A DNA stretch of 64,000 bases from an uncultured Desulfosarcina sp. GTDB lineage: Bacteria; Desulfobacterota; Desulfobacteria; Desulfobacterales; Desulfosarcinaceae. The first letter of the stretch is position 1; every line of letters begins with the position of its first letter. The translations under genes were made by a program, and so were the position numbers. Of this stretch, positions 50,782-60,724 are shown in pieces. Below the pieces are notes generated by a model, which saw only the letters and a program-made list of their open reading frames with translations, was not told the DNA's origin and ran no database searches. The stretch covers positions 1,984,001-2,048,000 of the forward strand of contig CAXXWQ010000004.1 in the NCBI GenBank assembly GCA_963674945.2. Direction: 5' to 3'.

Positions 50782-51408
50782 ATGAAATTAACGACGTCCA
50801 TCGTCTTGGAAGTCTTCTCCGACTACGTCTGACCCTGGTGCTACTTCAGTACCGGGCGTATTGAACGACTCAAATCTGCCTATCCCATTACCGTCAAATG
50901 GATCGCCTTTCCCCTCCATCCGGAAACCCCCGACGAAGGGCAATCCCTCGAGGAGTTGTTTGCCGGCCGGCCGGTAGACATTCCGGCCATGCTGTCGCGC
51001 CTGGAGAAAATCGCCCGGGAAGAAGGCCTGCCCTTTGGCCCGCGCACCATGACCTACAACAGCCGCCTGGCCCAGGAGCTGGGAAAGTGGGCCGAAGACC
51101 AGGGATGTGGTGATGTCTTTCACGAAGCCGTGTTTCTGGCCTATTTCCAACGTGGGGAAAACATCGGCCGCCACGACACCTTGCGTAACATCTGCTCGGC
51201 CGTGGGACTCGATCCGGCTGTGGGGCAAAATGTGCTGGAGCAGCGAAGTTACAGGAATTCAGTGGACCGGGATTGGGAGCGGTCCAGAGAAATAGGGATC
51301 ACTGCGGTGCCCACATTCGTTTTGGACGAAAAGCGCCTGGTGGGGGCCCAGCCCTACCATAAGCTGGAGAGGATGGTCGTCGATGTCATGGAAGAAAACA
51401 CACCGTAG
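50782..51408 (+). CDS. DsbA/FrnE-family thiol-disulfide oxidoreductase, probable selenoprotein (in-frame TGA, UxxC)
   Basis: ATG 50782 gives MKLTTSIVLEVFSDYV-TGA(50830-32)-PWCYF...AFPLHPETP...GITAVPTF...GAQPY in one frame; the TGA occupies the first Cys of the family's D-x-x-CPWC motif. Confidence 0.85.
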
Positions 51409-51988
51409 GGAAAAAGCCTGCCTGGCGGGCATATTGTGTTTATGGCTGATGCTCTTCACGCCCCAGTCGGGCCACGGAGGCCAGGAACCAATGGACGGTG
51501 CAGCCGCTCCTCTGAGAATATCGAAGCAAGCCATGGAAACGGATTGCATCGCCTTCGCGCCGGAATCCGCTTCGGTCGTCAAAAAAAAGGGACACTGGGA
51601 GGTCGTCGATGGCGAAACGCGTATCTTCGACGCCGGTCGAGATCAGGCCACGGCCCATCAGGTCGTAGCGGTGATCCACCACTACCGCATGAATCGCCAA
51701 TGTTTCATCGGATGGCCGGACCGCTATTTTTCCTATCTGCTGGCCAGAGGCGGCGCCCCATCGGGTCCCATGGACAATGAGAAGTGCATTGCATTCGACC
51801 CGGAACGGTTAACCCTGGCGAAAAAAAACGAGCGCTGGGCGATCTTTTCCGGACGTAAGCGGTTGTTTCTCTTCGGTCGGCAGGAGGCCCATGCCCAAAA
51901 GGCGGTAGCCGTCATTCACCGCCATGGATTCGAACACGTCTGTCGCGCAGGCCAAGGTAAATTCGTTTTCAATTACCTTCGTCGATAG
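51383..51988 (+). CDS. Exported hypothetical protein with two tandem ~75-aa Cys-containing repeats
   Basis: Signal-like N-terminus; DCIAFAPE...W...G...AVIHHY...QCFIG...FSYL repeated as KCIAFDPE...W...G...AVIHRH...VCRAG...FNYL. Confidence 0.7.
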   Translation: MSWKKTHRREKACLAGILCLWLMLFTPQSGHGGQEPMDGAAAPLRISKQAMETDCIAFAPESASVVKKKGHWEVVDGETRIFDAGRDQATAHQVVAVIHHYRMNRQCFIGWPDRYFSYLLARGGAPSGPMDNEKCIAFDPERLTLAKKNERWAIFSGRKRLFLFGRQEAHAQKAVAVIHRHGFEHVCRAGQGKFVFNYLRR

Positions 51989-52508
51989 TGTCCAATGTCC
52001 GAAAGGCGCCGATGACCTGGTTGACGATCTCGGCAGGGAATCCCCGACCGGCCAGATAGCGCCGGGCCTTCTGAAGGCGCTTTTGGGGATCTGTCTCGCG
52101 GCGCCATGCCAGAGCTCTTTTCTTTTCGAGCATCTGCTGCGCACATTGTACCTGATCATGATCATCCCCACAGCAGGCCATGGCCCTTTGGATCTGCCGT
52201 TCATCCACTCCTTTTTGCGACAGGGTGTGCTGGATACGAATTGCCCCATACCCCTTGCCGACCATTTGGCGGGCCATGATTTCGGCAGTTCTCGCATCGT
52301 TCAGATATCCCAGCTCCTTACAGCGCGCCAGGGTTTCGGCAATGGCCTTGCGGCCGAACCCCTTTTGGCAAAGTTTGGCGAAGAGTTCCTTCTCAGTGTG
52401 GTCCCGGCGGGTCAGGATGCGCAGGGCGCAGGCCATGGCAGCGGACGGACCGTTTCCGGTCTTGCCATCGGTTGGAGCGGTTCGTTTCAAGGCAGGTCCG
52501 GATGTCAA
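51969..52508 (-). CDS. recX: Regulatory protein RecX
   Basis: ALRILTRRDHTEKEL..KL, GYLND, G..RI...L..KGV, YLAGRGF. Confidence 0.88.
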   Translation of the reverse strand: MTSGPALKRTAPTDGKTGNGPSAAMACALRILTRRDHTEKELFAKLCQKGFGRKAIAETLARCKELGYLNDARTAEIMARQMVGKGYGAIRIQHTLSQKGVDERQIQRAMACCGDDHDQVQCAQQMLEKKRALAWRRETDPQKRLQKARRYLAGRGFPAEIVNQVIGAFRTLDTIDEGN

Positions 52509-54046
52509 ACCGTCAGCAGACTGTTGCCGGTCATCTCTTGCGGTTTTTCCAACCCCATCAATTCCAGCATGGTGGGGGCGATGTCACCCAGCCGGCCTTC
52601 CTGCAGCCGGACGCCTTTTCGCTTTTCGTCCACCAGAACCAGACGAACCGGATTGGTGGTGTGGGCCGTATAGGGTTTCCCATCGGCATCGGCCATCCGT
52701 TCCGAATTGCCGTGATCGGCTGTGACCAGGGCCACGCCACCTTGGGACAACAACTTGTCGAGCACCTTTTTCAGGCAACGATCCACGGTTTCGCAGGCCT
52801 TGACGGCGGCCGCCATGACACCGCTGTGCCCCACCATGTCCATGTTGGCGAAGTTGAGCACGATGAAATCGTATTTTCCCGATGCCAATCGATCGACCAC
52901 CTCATCGGCCAGTTGGGGGGCACTCATCTCCGGTTTCTGGTCGTATGTGGCCACCTCCCGGGGCGAAGGAATCAGGCAGCGATCCTCGTTTTCGAATGGG
53001 GTCTCTTCACCGCCGTTGAAGAAATAGGTGACATGGGCGTATTTCTCGGTTTCGGCGATGCGCAGCTGGTGAAGTCCATTTCGGCTGACCACCTCGCCGA
53101 GAATGTTGTCCAGATGAACCGGGCCGAATGCCATGGGCAGGTCGAAATGCTCATCGTAGAGGGTCATGGTGGTATAACCGGAAAGGTTGGGAGACACTTG
53201 ACGGGCAAATCCATCAAATCCTTTTTCGGTAAACGCCCGTGTGATTTCCCGGGCCCGGTCGGCACGGAAATTAAAGAATATAATGCCGTCACCGTCGCCC
53301 ACCGTTCCCACCGGATCTCCGTCTTGCCCCACAATGGCCACCGGTGTAACGAACTCGTCGGTCTCTTCCCGTTGGTACGCGTCTTTTACGGCAGAAACTG
53401 CATCGGATGCCTTTCGGCCCTCGCCCTGGGTATATAACCGGTAGGCCTTTTCCACACGGTCCCATCGCTTGTCCCGATCCATGGCATAGTATCTGCCACA
53501 GACCGATGCGATGGTACCGGCACCGGTTTTTCGGATGTGATCCGCAAGTTGCTTCAGGTATCCCGCACCACTGTCCGGTGGGGTGTCCCGACCGTCTAAT
53601 ATGCAATGGACAAAAACCTTGGAAAGCCCTTTTTGTTTGGCCATCTCGATCAGGGCAAACAGATGGGTCAATTGGCTGTGCACGCCGCCGTCGGACACGA
53701 GTCCCATGAGATGGATGGCCCGATCCTGTTTTGCCACGGTATCCATGACAGCCGAAAGCGCTTCGTTGTCAAAAAAGGTCTTGTCTTCGATGGCCTTGTC
53801 GATACGCATTAGATCCTGGTAAACGATGCGTCCGGCACCGATATTCATATGCCCCACTTCGCTGTTTCCCATGATGCCGTCGGGCAGCCCCACATCCCGT
53901 CCCGAACAGAAAAGCCGCGTGGATGGATATGTGGAAACGAGTCGGTCCAAAAAGGGGGTATCGGCCATTAAAACGGCATTGGTCGGTTCGTCTTTCCCGA
54001 TCCCCCATCCGTCGAGAATAATCAGCATGTGGGTCTTTTTCTGCAT
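52505..54046 (-). CDS. gpmI: 2,3-bisphosphoglycerate-independent phosphoglycerate mutase
   Basis: LIILDGWG, MGNSEVGH, DGGVHS, DGRD, AETEKYAHVT, DMVGH, TADHGN. Confidence 0.97.
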   Translation of the reverse strand: MQKKTHMLIILDGWGIGKDEPTNAVLMADTPFLDRLVSTYPSTRLFCSGRDVGLPDGIMGNSEVGHMNIGAGRIVYQDLMRIDKAIEDKTFFDNEALSAVMDTVAKQDRAIHLMGLVSDGGVHSQLTHLFALIEMAKQKGLSKVFVHCILDGRDTPPDSGAGYLKQLADHIRKTGAGTIASVCGRYYAMDRDKRWDRVEKAYRLYTQGEGRKASDAVSAVKDAYQREETDEFVTPVAIVGQDGDPVGTVGDGDGIIFFNFRADRAREITRAFTEKGFDGFARQVSPNLSGYTTMTLYDEHFDLPMAFGPVHLDNILGEVVSRNGLHQLRIAETEKYAHVTYFFNGGEETPFENEDRCLIPSPREVATYDQKPEMSAPQLADEVVDRLASGKYDFIVLNFANMDMVGHSGVMAAAVKACETVDRCLKKVLDKLLSQGGVALVTADHGNSERMADADGKPYTAHTTNPVRLVLVDEKRKGVRLQEGRLGDIAPTMLELMGLEKPQEMTGNSLLTV

Positions 54047-54105
54047 TCGCTCGCTCCCGTTGTATTATGAAGTAGGTTTCATAATCAGCTAACATCGCCG
54101 ATTCG

Positions 54106-54228
54106 GGCGGTTTCGTAAAGAACTCGAGATCAAGGATTGCGAATCACGAGGAATGAGGCGTATAGATTATACGCCGCAATGACGAGAGATTCGCGTAACG
54201 CGGATATCGGGCTCTTTACGGAGCCGCC
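54106..54228 (-). repeat. ~125-bp palindromic element, copy 3 (between rsfS and gpmI)
   Basis: GGCGGTTTCGTAAAGAACTCGAGATCAAGG...GAATGAGGCGTA...CGTAACGCGGATATCGGGCTCTTTACGGAGCCGCC. Confidence 0.85.
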
Positions 54229-54232
54229 CCTC

Positions 54233-54655
54233 CTATTCGATGAAGACCACCTCATCCGCCTCCCCCGCATCACCATCTTCACCATCATCGTCTGTCGCAT
54301 GTTTCATGCTCTCGCTGATGATCCGGCGGGCATCGGACCAAAGGGATTCCAGGTTGTAAAAAACTCGTGTCTGCTCGAAAAAGACATGAATGATCACGTG
54401 CCCGTAATCCATCAACACCCAATGCCCCTCCTTGAGTCCATCCACGCTCAAGGGTTTGATCCCCTGGTTCTTCAAATCCCTTAGAATATGTTCGGCGATG
54501 GCAGTCACCTGGCGATTTGACATGCCATGGCAGATCAAGAATGCATCCGCCAGGCTGGTAAGGTGGGCGACATCCAGCAATATCAGTTTTCTGGCCTTTT
54601 TCCCCAAGGCCGCTTTGACATATATGTCCAGTTCGGCATCATTTATCTGGGTCAT
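54233..54655 (-). CDS. rsfS: Ribosomal silencing factor (Iojap)
   Basis: KKA...LDV...AD.F.IC.G.S.RQV.AIA, WVLMDYG, R.FY.LE.LW. Confidence 0.93.
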   Translation of the reverse strand: MTQINDAELDIYVKAALGKKARKLILLDVAHLTSLADAFLICHGMSNRQVTAIAEHILRDLKNQGIKPLSVDGLKEGHWVLMDYGHVIIHVFFEQTRVFYNLESLWSDARRIISESMKHATDDDGEDGDAGEADEVVFIE

Positions 54656-55317
54656 CGATACAATTCCTTTCGCTCAATATAAGCGCACACCGCAGGCGGC
54701 ACAAGGGCATCGATTGTTTTTGCCGCCCGTATCCGTCTTCTGACGAGGCTGGACGAGACGGGAACGGGTGTCATGGGAAGCAGATGGAAACGGTCTTTGC
54801 CATCGAGTTGCCAGCACTGCCGAGCGTCGTCATAGGCGACGTTACCGGATAGTCGGTTTCGTATATAGTCGTCCATTCGACAAACCGGATCATCGGCGGC
54901 GTCGACCGGTTCCAGAAATCGGGCGACGACAATAGGTTCGGCCAATGACAGCAGACGACGATGCGCCTTCCACGTATGAATCTCTAAAAAAGCATCCAGT
55001 CCCATGATCAGTTTCAGCTTTGCACCGGGGACCACCCGTTTTCCGAAATACTCGACCGTATCGATCGTATAGGAGGGGCCTTCACGCCGAATTTCCGCGT
55101 CACTGAGATGATATCGACGGTCCGGGGGGATTGCCAATTGAATCATCCGCATTCGATCCGCAGCCGGTGCCAACTGGGTCGGAAACTTATGGGGCGGCAC
55201 CCGCAGGGGAATAACGTAGAGACGATCCAGATAAAAGTGTCGGAGAACTTGGTCTGCCACTGCCAGGTGGCCGTTGTGAATCGGGTTGAAGGTTCCTCCG
55301 AAGAGTCCTGCCTGCAT
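54652..55317 (-). CDS. nadD: Nicotinate-nucleotide adenylyltransferase (alternative start 55326)
   Basis: GLFGGTFNPIHNGHL, PPHK, SYTIDT, IMGLD, VSSSLVR. Confidence 0.95.
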   Translation of the reverse strand: MQAGLFGGTFNPIHNGHLAVADQVLRHFYLDRLYVIPLRVPPHKFPTQLAPAADRMRMIQLAIPPDRRYHLSDAEIRREGPSYTIDTVEYFGKRVVPGAKLKLIMGLDAFLEIHTWKAHRRLLSLAEPIVVARFLEPVDAADDPVCRMDDYIRNRLSGNVAYDDARQCWQLDGKDRFHLLPMTPVPVSSSLVRRRIRAAKTIDALVPPAVCAYIERKELYR

Positions 55318-55335
55318 GGGATACATCCGGTTATT

Positions 55336-55460
55336 GGCGGCTTTGTAAAAAGTCCGATATCTGCGTTACGCTTCACTCCTCGTCACTGCGACGTATCTAT
55401 CCATACGCCTCATTCCTCGGGGTTCGCAAGCCTTGATCTCGAACTTTTTACAAAGCCGTC
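55336..55460 (+). repeat. ~125-bp palindromic element, copy 4 (between proA and nadD)
   Basis: GGCGGCTTTGTAAAAAGTCCGATATC...GAACTTTTTACAAAGCCGTC; near-identical to 6129-6253. Confidence 0.9.
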
Positions 55461-55477
55461 CGAAATCCGGCAGTCGA

Positions 55478-56734
55478 TTACTGGCGGATCTGACCCTGGC
55501 CCAATACCACGAACTTTTCGGTGGTCAGCTCGGATAGCCCCATGGGTCCGTAAGCGTGCAACTTGGAAGTGCTGATCCCCATTTCGGCACCGAGCCCCAA
55601 TTGGCCACCGTCGTTGAATCGGGTGGAGGCATTGACCAAAACGACCGAGGCATCCACCTCGCGCAGGAAACGGTGTGCCCTGCCATAATCGCCGGTAACG
55701 ATGGCTTCCGTATGATTGGATCCGTAACGGGCGATGTGGGCCATGGCCTCATCCATATCTGCCACCACTTTGACCGCCAGAGTGAGGTCCAGATACTCCT
55801 CGGGCCAATCCGCCTCGGTGGCGGCGGTGACATGGCCAAGGATGGAACGGGTATTTTCGCACCCGCGCAATTCCACACCGGCTTCTTCCATCCGACGTGC
55901 CACTTTCGGTAAAAATTCGTCGGCCACCTTCCGGTGGACCAGCAAGGTCTCCATGGCGTTACAGACCCCCGGTCGCTGGACCTTGGCGTTGAAGGCGATG
56001 GATTCTGCCATCGTAAGGTCGGCCGATTGGTCCACGAACACATGGCAAACGCCCTTGTAGTGTTTGAGAACCGGTATCCTGGAATTTTCCACCACGAAGC
56101 GGATCAACCCCTCTCCGCCACGTGGAATGATCAGATCCACGAAGGATTCCTGGGCCAGAAGAACATTGATGGCCTTTCTGTCCGTCGTAGGTACCACCTG
56201 GGCGGCCTTGGATGGAAGGCCGACCGTCTTCAGGGCATCGCCGATGATCCGTGCCAGGGCTTTGTTGGAGTGAAGGGCCTCGGAACCACCCCGCAAGATG
56301 ACGGCGTTGCCGGACTTCAGGCAAAGACCCGCTGCATCGATGGTCACATTGGGCCGTGACTCGTAGATGATACCGATCACCCCCAAAGGAATGCGCATCC
56401 TGGAGACCCGCAGGCCGTTGGGACGAATCCGGGTTTCGCCCATGGTACCCACCGGGTCCTCATACCCCGCCACCTCACGCAATCCATCGGCCATGGAGGC
56501 AATGGTCTTATCGGTGATGGTGAGGCGATCCACCATGGCCGCAGAAAGACCGGCCGCCTTGGCCGACTCCAGATCCTTGGCGTTCTCCTGAAAAATTTCT
56601 GTGCTTCTTTGTTCCAGCAATTCGGCCATGGTGAGGAGCACACGATTTTTTTGGGTCGTATCGCACCGACCGATAACGCCGGCCGCATCTTTGGCCTCGC
56701 GGGCCATGGTTTTGATGGTTTCGTCGATGTTCAT
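55478..56734 (-). CDS. proA: Gamma-glutamyl phosphate reductase
   Basis: [52 protein letters not shown]. Confidence 0.96.
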   Translation of the reverse strand: MNIDETIKTMAREAKDAAGVIGRCDTTQKNRVLLTMAELLEQRSTEIFQENAKDLESAKAAGLSAAMVDRLTITDKTIASMADGLREVAGYEDPVGTMGETRIRPNGLRVSRMRIPLGVIGIIYESRPNVTIDAAGLCLKSGNAVILRGGSEALHSNKALARIIGDALKTVGLPSKAAQVVPTTDRKAINVLLAQESFVDLIIPRGGEGLIRFVVENSRIPVLKHYKGVCHVFVDQSADLTMAESIAFNAKVQRPGVCNAMETLLVHRKVADEFLPKVARRMEEAGVELRGCENTRSILGHVTAATEADWPEEYLDLTLAVKVVADMDEAMAHIARYGSNHTEAIVTGDYGRAHRFLREVDASVVLVNASTRFNDGGQLGLGAEMGISTSKLHAYGPMGLSELTTEKFVVLGQGQIRQ

Positions 56735-56738
56735 GGCG

Positions 56739-57893
56739 TTATTCCTCTTCTGCATGTTCTATATTCCGGTGAACGACCAGGTTGTTTCTGTGAATCACCT
56801 CGTCATAGGTCTTCTGGCCGAGACAGGTCTTGATGTCACTGCTCTTTTTGCCCATGATCATTCGAATCTCATCGGCGGAGTAGTTTACCAATCCGTTTCC
56901 GATGAAACGGTCACGGCTGCCGACAACGGCAACCGCCGATCCCACGGCGAACTGCCCCGTAACCCCTACGATACCGCTGGGAAGCAGGCTCTTCCCATTA
57001 TTCAAAAGCGCCTCGGTGGCCCCTTCATCGACGATAATGGTCCCCTGGGTGGTGACCGTATATCCGATCCAGCGCTTCTTTCGGTTCAGTCTGTCCTTTC
57101 GGGGAACGAAATATGTGCCATGGTTTTCTCCGGCCAACAGTCCGGATAGAATTTCCGGTCGATACCCACTGGCGATAACCATGGGAATTCCCGACTGGGT
57201 TACTTTCCGGGCCGCCTTGATCTTGCTGCGCATCCCCCCCGTACCCAGGGCTCCGGGGATGTCGCCGGCGACTTTTTCGATGCGTTTGCCAAGGGTCGTC
57301 ACCCGGTCAATGAGCCGCGCATTGGGATGGACCCGGGGATCCTTGTCATACAAGCCGTCGATATCCGTGAGATTGATAAAAATGTCGGCATCCAACTGGA
57401 GGGCGATCATGGCCGCCAGATTGTCGTTGTCGCCCAGCTTGATCTCTTCCACCATGATGGTGTCATTCTCGTTGATGATGGGAACAACCATCCATTCCAA
57501 CAGCGTGTGCAGGGTGTTTCGAGCGTTCAGGTATCGTTTTCGGTTGGTCAGATCCTCGCTGGTAAGCAAAATCTGGGCAACTTTACGGCCAAAACGCCCG
57601 AACGCTTTCTCCCACTCCCGGATCAAACCGGCCTGTCCCACGGCGGCGATGGCCTGACGTTTGGGGATTGCCTCGGGCCGTTCGGTAAATCCCATTTTTT
57701 TCATTCCTGACGCCATGGCACCCGACGAAACGAGAATGATCTGGTGGCCCTCATCCAACAGGTGGCAAATCTGGCTGCCAATGGCGTCGATGGCGTCAAG
57801 ATTGAGGCCGTCTTTGGCCGTCAACACATTGCTGCCCACTTTAACCACTGCCCGCATCCTGGTCTCAGGCCTTTTCTTCAAATTCTGCGTCAT
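56739..57893 (-). CDS. proB: Glutamate 5-kinase with PUA domain
   Basis: VVKVGS, VSSGA, INENDT, GDNDNL, GTGGM..KI, EVIHR. Confidence 0.96.
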   Translation of the reverse strand: MTQNLKKRPETRMRAVVKVGSNVLTAKDGLNLDAIDAIGSQICHLLDEGHQIILVSSGAMASGMKKMGFTERPEAIPKRQAIAAVGQAGLIREWEKAFGRFGRKVAQILLTSEDLTNRKRYLNARNTLHTLLEWMVVPIINENDTIMVEEIKLGDNDNLAAMIALQLDADIFINLTDIDGLYDKDPRVHPNARLIDRVTTLGKRIEKVAGDIPGALGTGGMRSKIKAARKVTQSGIPMVIASGYRPEILSGLLAGENHGTYFVPRKDRLNRKKRWIGYTVTTQGTIIVDEGATEALLNNGKSLLPSGIVGVTGQFAVGSAVAVVGSRDRFIGNGLVNYSADEIRMIMGKKSSDIKTCLGQKTYDEVIHRNNLVVHRNIEHAEEE

Positions 57894-58887
57894 CGCATCG
57901 GTCCAACATATCGCAAAGGGTTGCCGTCAACTGGTCCAGCCCCGCTCCGGAGGCAGCAGAGATTCTGAGGATGTCCGTCGTTTCAAGAGCCTGGATGAAA
58001 AATTCGGCCGCATCCGGAGCCCAGGGAACGTCCATCTTGTTCAATACCACGATTTGGGGCTTCTCGGCCAGAATCCGACTGTGTTGTCGAAGCTCTTCGT
58101 TTACCGTTTCAAAATCCTTTAGGGGATGATCCGGATCGATGGCAGCCGCATCCACCAGGTGCAAAAGGATGCGTGTCCTCTCGACGTGGCGCAAAAAACG
58201 GATACCGAGCCCCGTTCCCTCGTGAGCCCCTTCGATGAGGCCGGGAATATCGGCCATGATGAAAGGCTCCCGACGGTTGGCCCGGACGACACCGAGATTC
58301 GGGGTCAGCGTAGTAAAGGGATACTCTGCGATCTTCGGTTTGGCCGAAGAAAGGGCGGAAATCAGGGTCGACTTGCCGGCATTGGGCAGGCCCACGATGC
58401 CCACATCGGCGATGAGTTTCAATTCCAGCCGAAGGTTCAGGGATTGGCCCGGCTCTCCGGGTTGTGCGAATCGGGGGGTTCTGTTGGTGGCGGACTTGAA
58501 CCGCGCGTTGCCAAGTCCCCCGCGACCACCTTTTGCAACGACGAAGACCTCGTCGGGTGTAACGAGGTCTTTGAGAAGCGTTCCGGTGTCAGCGTCAATC
58601 ACGAGGGTGCCGGCGGGTAGTTCGATGAAAAGATCGTCTCCGCCTTTTCCCGCACGATTTTTTCCCTGGCCGCCCGCTCCGTTTTTCGCCTTGTAATGCT
58701 TATTGAACTGAAGGTGGTACAAGGTGCGTTTTTTGGTCGTCGCTTTAAAGACCACATCGCCACCTCGTCCCCCATCACCGCCGTCCGGCCCTCCTTTGGG
58801 AATGTATTTTTCCCGCCGGAAGCTGACGCAACCGGCGCCACCATTGCCCGACTGGACGGAGATACGCGCTTCGTCAACGAATTTCAC
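57865..58887 (-). CDS. obgE: GTPase Obg/CgtA
   Basis: FVDEA...[43 protein letters not shown] start overlapping the rpmA stop. Confidence 0.97.
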   Translation of the reverse strand: MKFVDEARISVQSGNGGAGCVSFRREKYIPKGGPDGGDGGRGGDVVFKATTKKRTLYHLQFNKHYKAKNGAGGQGKNRAGKGGDDLFIELPAGTLVIDADTGTLLKDLVTPDEVFVVAKGGRGGLGNARFKSATNRTPRFAQPGEPGQSLNLRLELKLIADVGIVGLPNAGKSTLISALSSAKPKIAEYPFTTLTPNLGVVRANRREPFIMADIPGLIEGAHEGTGLGIRFLRHVERTRILLHLVDAAAIDPDHPLKDFETVNEELRQHSRILAEKPQIVVLNKMDVPWAPDAAEFFIQALETTDILRISAASGAGLDQLTATLCDMLDRCDDAEFEEKA

Positions 58888-59138
58888 GCGGCATAAACGC
58901 TCACCTGTTTACGGTCCCTGCCTTTGCGTTCATAGGTGACCACGCCATCGATCAGGGCGTACAGGGTATAATCCTTTCCCATCCCCACGTTGACGCCGGG
59001 ATGAATCTTCGTCCCCACCTGTCTCACCAGGATGTTTCCGGCAAGAACCGACTGGCCCCCAAATCGTTTGACGCCCCTTCGCTGGGCATTGCTGTCCCGT
59101 CCGTTCTTCGAGCTACCGGCTGCTTTTTTATGTGCCAT
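58884..59138 (-). CDS. rpmA: 50S ribosomal protein L27
   Basis: [16 protein letters not shown]...GNILVRQ.GTK.HPG.NVG.GKD.TL. Confidence 0.97.
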   Translation of the reverse strand: MAHKKAAGSSKNGRDSNAQRRGVKRFGGQSVLAGNILVRQVGTKIHPGVNVGMGKDYTLYALIDGVVTYERKGRDRKQVSVYAA

Positions 59139-59205
59139 GATGTTCTCCTGACAAACCGAGGATCCCAACGAAATTGTATGGGAGCCTTTTAAATTAATTT
59201 CTTTC

Positions 59206-59396
59206 TGTTGTTTCAGAAATAGGATAATTTGGTTGAGATTAAGGCGCACCACCCAAATTTTAGCTCGGGTTTACCGCAGGTGCCCCGAAGGAAATGCCCT
59301 TGGGGTGCATATGGTTGATATTCCGAGGATCAAATTTTTCGGGCAACGCTGATATCGCCCCAAGCTACAATTGAATTAGCCATTTCTGAAATAGCA
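59206..59396. repeat. ~190-bp inverted-repeat-bounded element between rplU and rpmA
   Basis: Left TGTTGTTTCAGAAATAGGATAATT versus reverse complement of the right end TGCTATTTCAGAAATGGCTAATT; internal GAGATTAAGGC and AACGCTGATATCG motifs. Confidence 0.65.
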
Positions 59397-59400
59397 AGAT

Positions 59401-59712
59401 TTATGCTTCGATGCTGTCGATCCGAATGGCCGTAAAAGGCTGGCGGTGCCCCTGTTTTCGTCGGTACCGTTTTCTGCGCTTATATTTGAAAACGATGATT
59501 TTTTTCGCCCTGCCCTGGGCTACGATCTGTCCGTGAACCGTCACGCCCTCCACCTCGGGCTGACCGATCTTGACATCTTCGCCATCGGAAAATATAAGCA
59601 CTTTGTCGAAAGCGACCTGGGATCCGACATCCCCGGACAACTTTTCAACCCTGAGGACGTCCCCTTCCTCGACCTTATATTGCTTACCGCCTGTGGCAAC
59701 CACTGCGTACAT
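59401..59712 (-). CDS. rplU: 50S ribosomal protein L21
   Basis: [14 protein letters not shown]...[13 protein letters not shown]...GHRQ. Confidence 0.97.
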   Translation of the reverse strand: MYAVVATGGKQYKVEEGDVLRVEKLSGDVGSQVAFDKVLIFSDGEDVKIGQPEVEGVTVHGQIVAQGRAKKIIVFKYKRRKRYRRKQGHRQPFTAIRIDSIEA

Positions 59713-59767
59713 GTTGTCAGTCCTCCTGTAAAAACAATCCTGTGTTTCAAGTCATAAAAAATAAGAA

Positions 59768-59795
59768 ATATTAAATTATTCGCCGTCGTTGTCAA
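59768..59795 (-). promoter_or_regulatory. Putative sigma70 promoter of the rplU operon
   Basis: TTGACA-N16-TAATAT on the minus strand, about 55 nt upstream of rplU. Confidence 0.55.
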
Positions 59796-59910
59796 GAAAA
59801 AAAGGGAGATGGACATCCTCATGTTTATCCTTATAATCTTGAAAGATTCCTGAAACGGCGTCACTGGTAAACCCTCGACAACGGCTTATCATGAAACGGG
59901 AAGAGGCAAC

Positions 59911-60714
59911 GTGGAACGGCAACATCGAAAAATCATCATCATGGAAAAGGGTCAGGAACGATTCCAACCCATGATCCTGATCGGGGAAGAGCCACTATCC
60001 ATCCGTGTTCAGGGTTCCCCCTATGCGGTTGTCATGCGAACCCCCGGTGACGAGAAGGCTCACGTGGCCGGCTTCTGCCTCGGCGAAGGTATCGTGGATG
60101 ATCCCGATGAGATCATCAATATCGGATTTTGTGACGGCGAAGATACCAATGTGGCGGCCGTCACCCTGACCGTCGACCGACGCGCGAAAATCGCAGAGCA
60201 TCTTGATCGACGGACCTATATCAGCCAGACTTCCTGTGGCATCTGCGGGAAATCCATCGTCGATGACCTGGCTCAGGCCATCTCCCCAATGGATAAGGAC
60301 GAGGTCTTGGATGGCAATGCCGCTTTATCAGCCTTGCTCTCTCTGGAAAAATACCAGCCGCTTCGAGATCGAACCCGAGCCTCCCACGCCGCCGCCATTT
60401 ACGACCGGAAAATAAGACAACTCAGTGTTGCCGAGGATGTGGGCCGGCACAACGCACTGGACAAAGCCATCGGCCGTCTGTTTTTGGAACGGAAATTGGA
60501 ACATGCGCGGCTATTGATTCTTTCATCCCGAATCAGTTACGAGATGCTCCAGAAGGCGGCGCGTGCCCGGATTCCGGTTATCCTGGCCTTATCCCGCCCC
60601 ACTTCCCTTTCTGTCGAGTTGGCAACCAGCCTGAACATGACGCTGGCCACCTTGGAAAAAGACGGCAATCTCATCGTTTACTGCAATCCCCACCGATTGG
60701 CGTGGGTCGATTGA
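59911..60714 (+). CDS. fdhD: Formate dehydrogenase accessory sulfurtransferase
   Basis: EEPL, MRTPG, SCGICGK, AEDVGRHNALDK, SSRISYEM.QKA, SRPTSL. Confidence 0.93.
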   Translation: MERQHRKIIIMEKGQERFQPMILIGEEPLSIRVQGSPYAVVMRTPGDEKAHVAGFCLGEGIVDDPDEIINIGFCDGEDTNVAAVTLTVDRRAKIAEHLDRRTYISQTSCGICGKSIVDDLAQAISPMDKDEVLDGNAALSALLSLEKYQPLRDRTRASHAAAIYDRKIRQLSVAEDVGRHNALDKAIGRLFLERKLEHARLLILSSRISYEMLQKAARARIPVILALSRPTSLSVELATSLNMTLATLEKDGNLIVYCNPHRLAWVD

Positions 60715-60724
60715 ATCCTGCCAG

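Noticed and set aside
6129..55460. Repeat copies as a CRISPR array or integron attC sites
   Set aside because: Copies are dispersed kilobases apart with no spacers, cas genes or integrase, and they flank core genes
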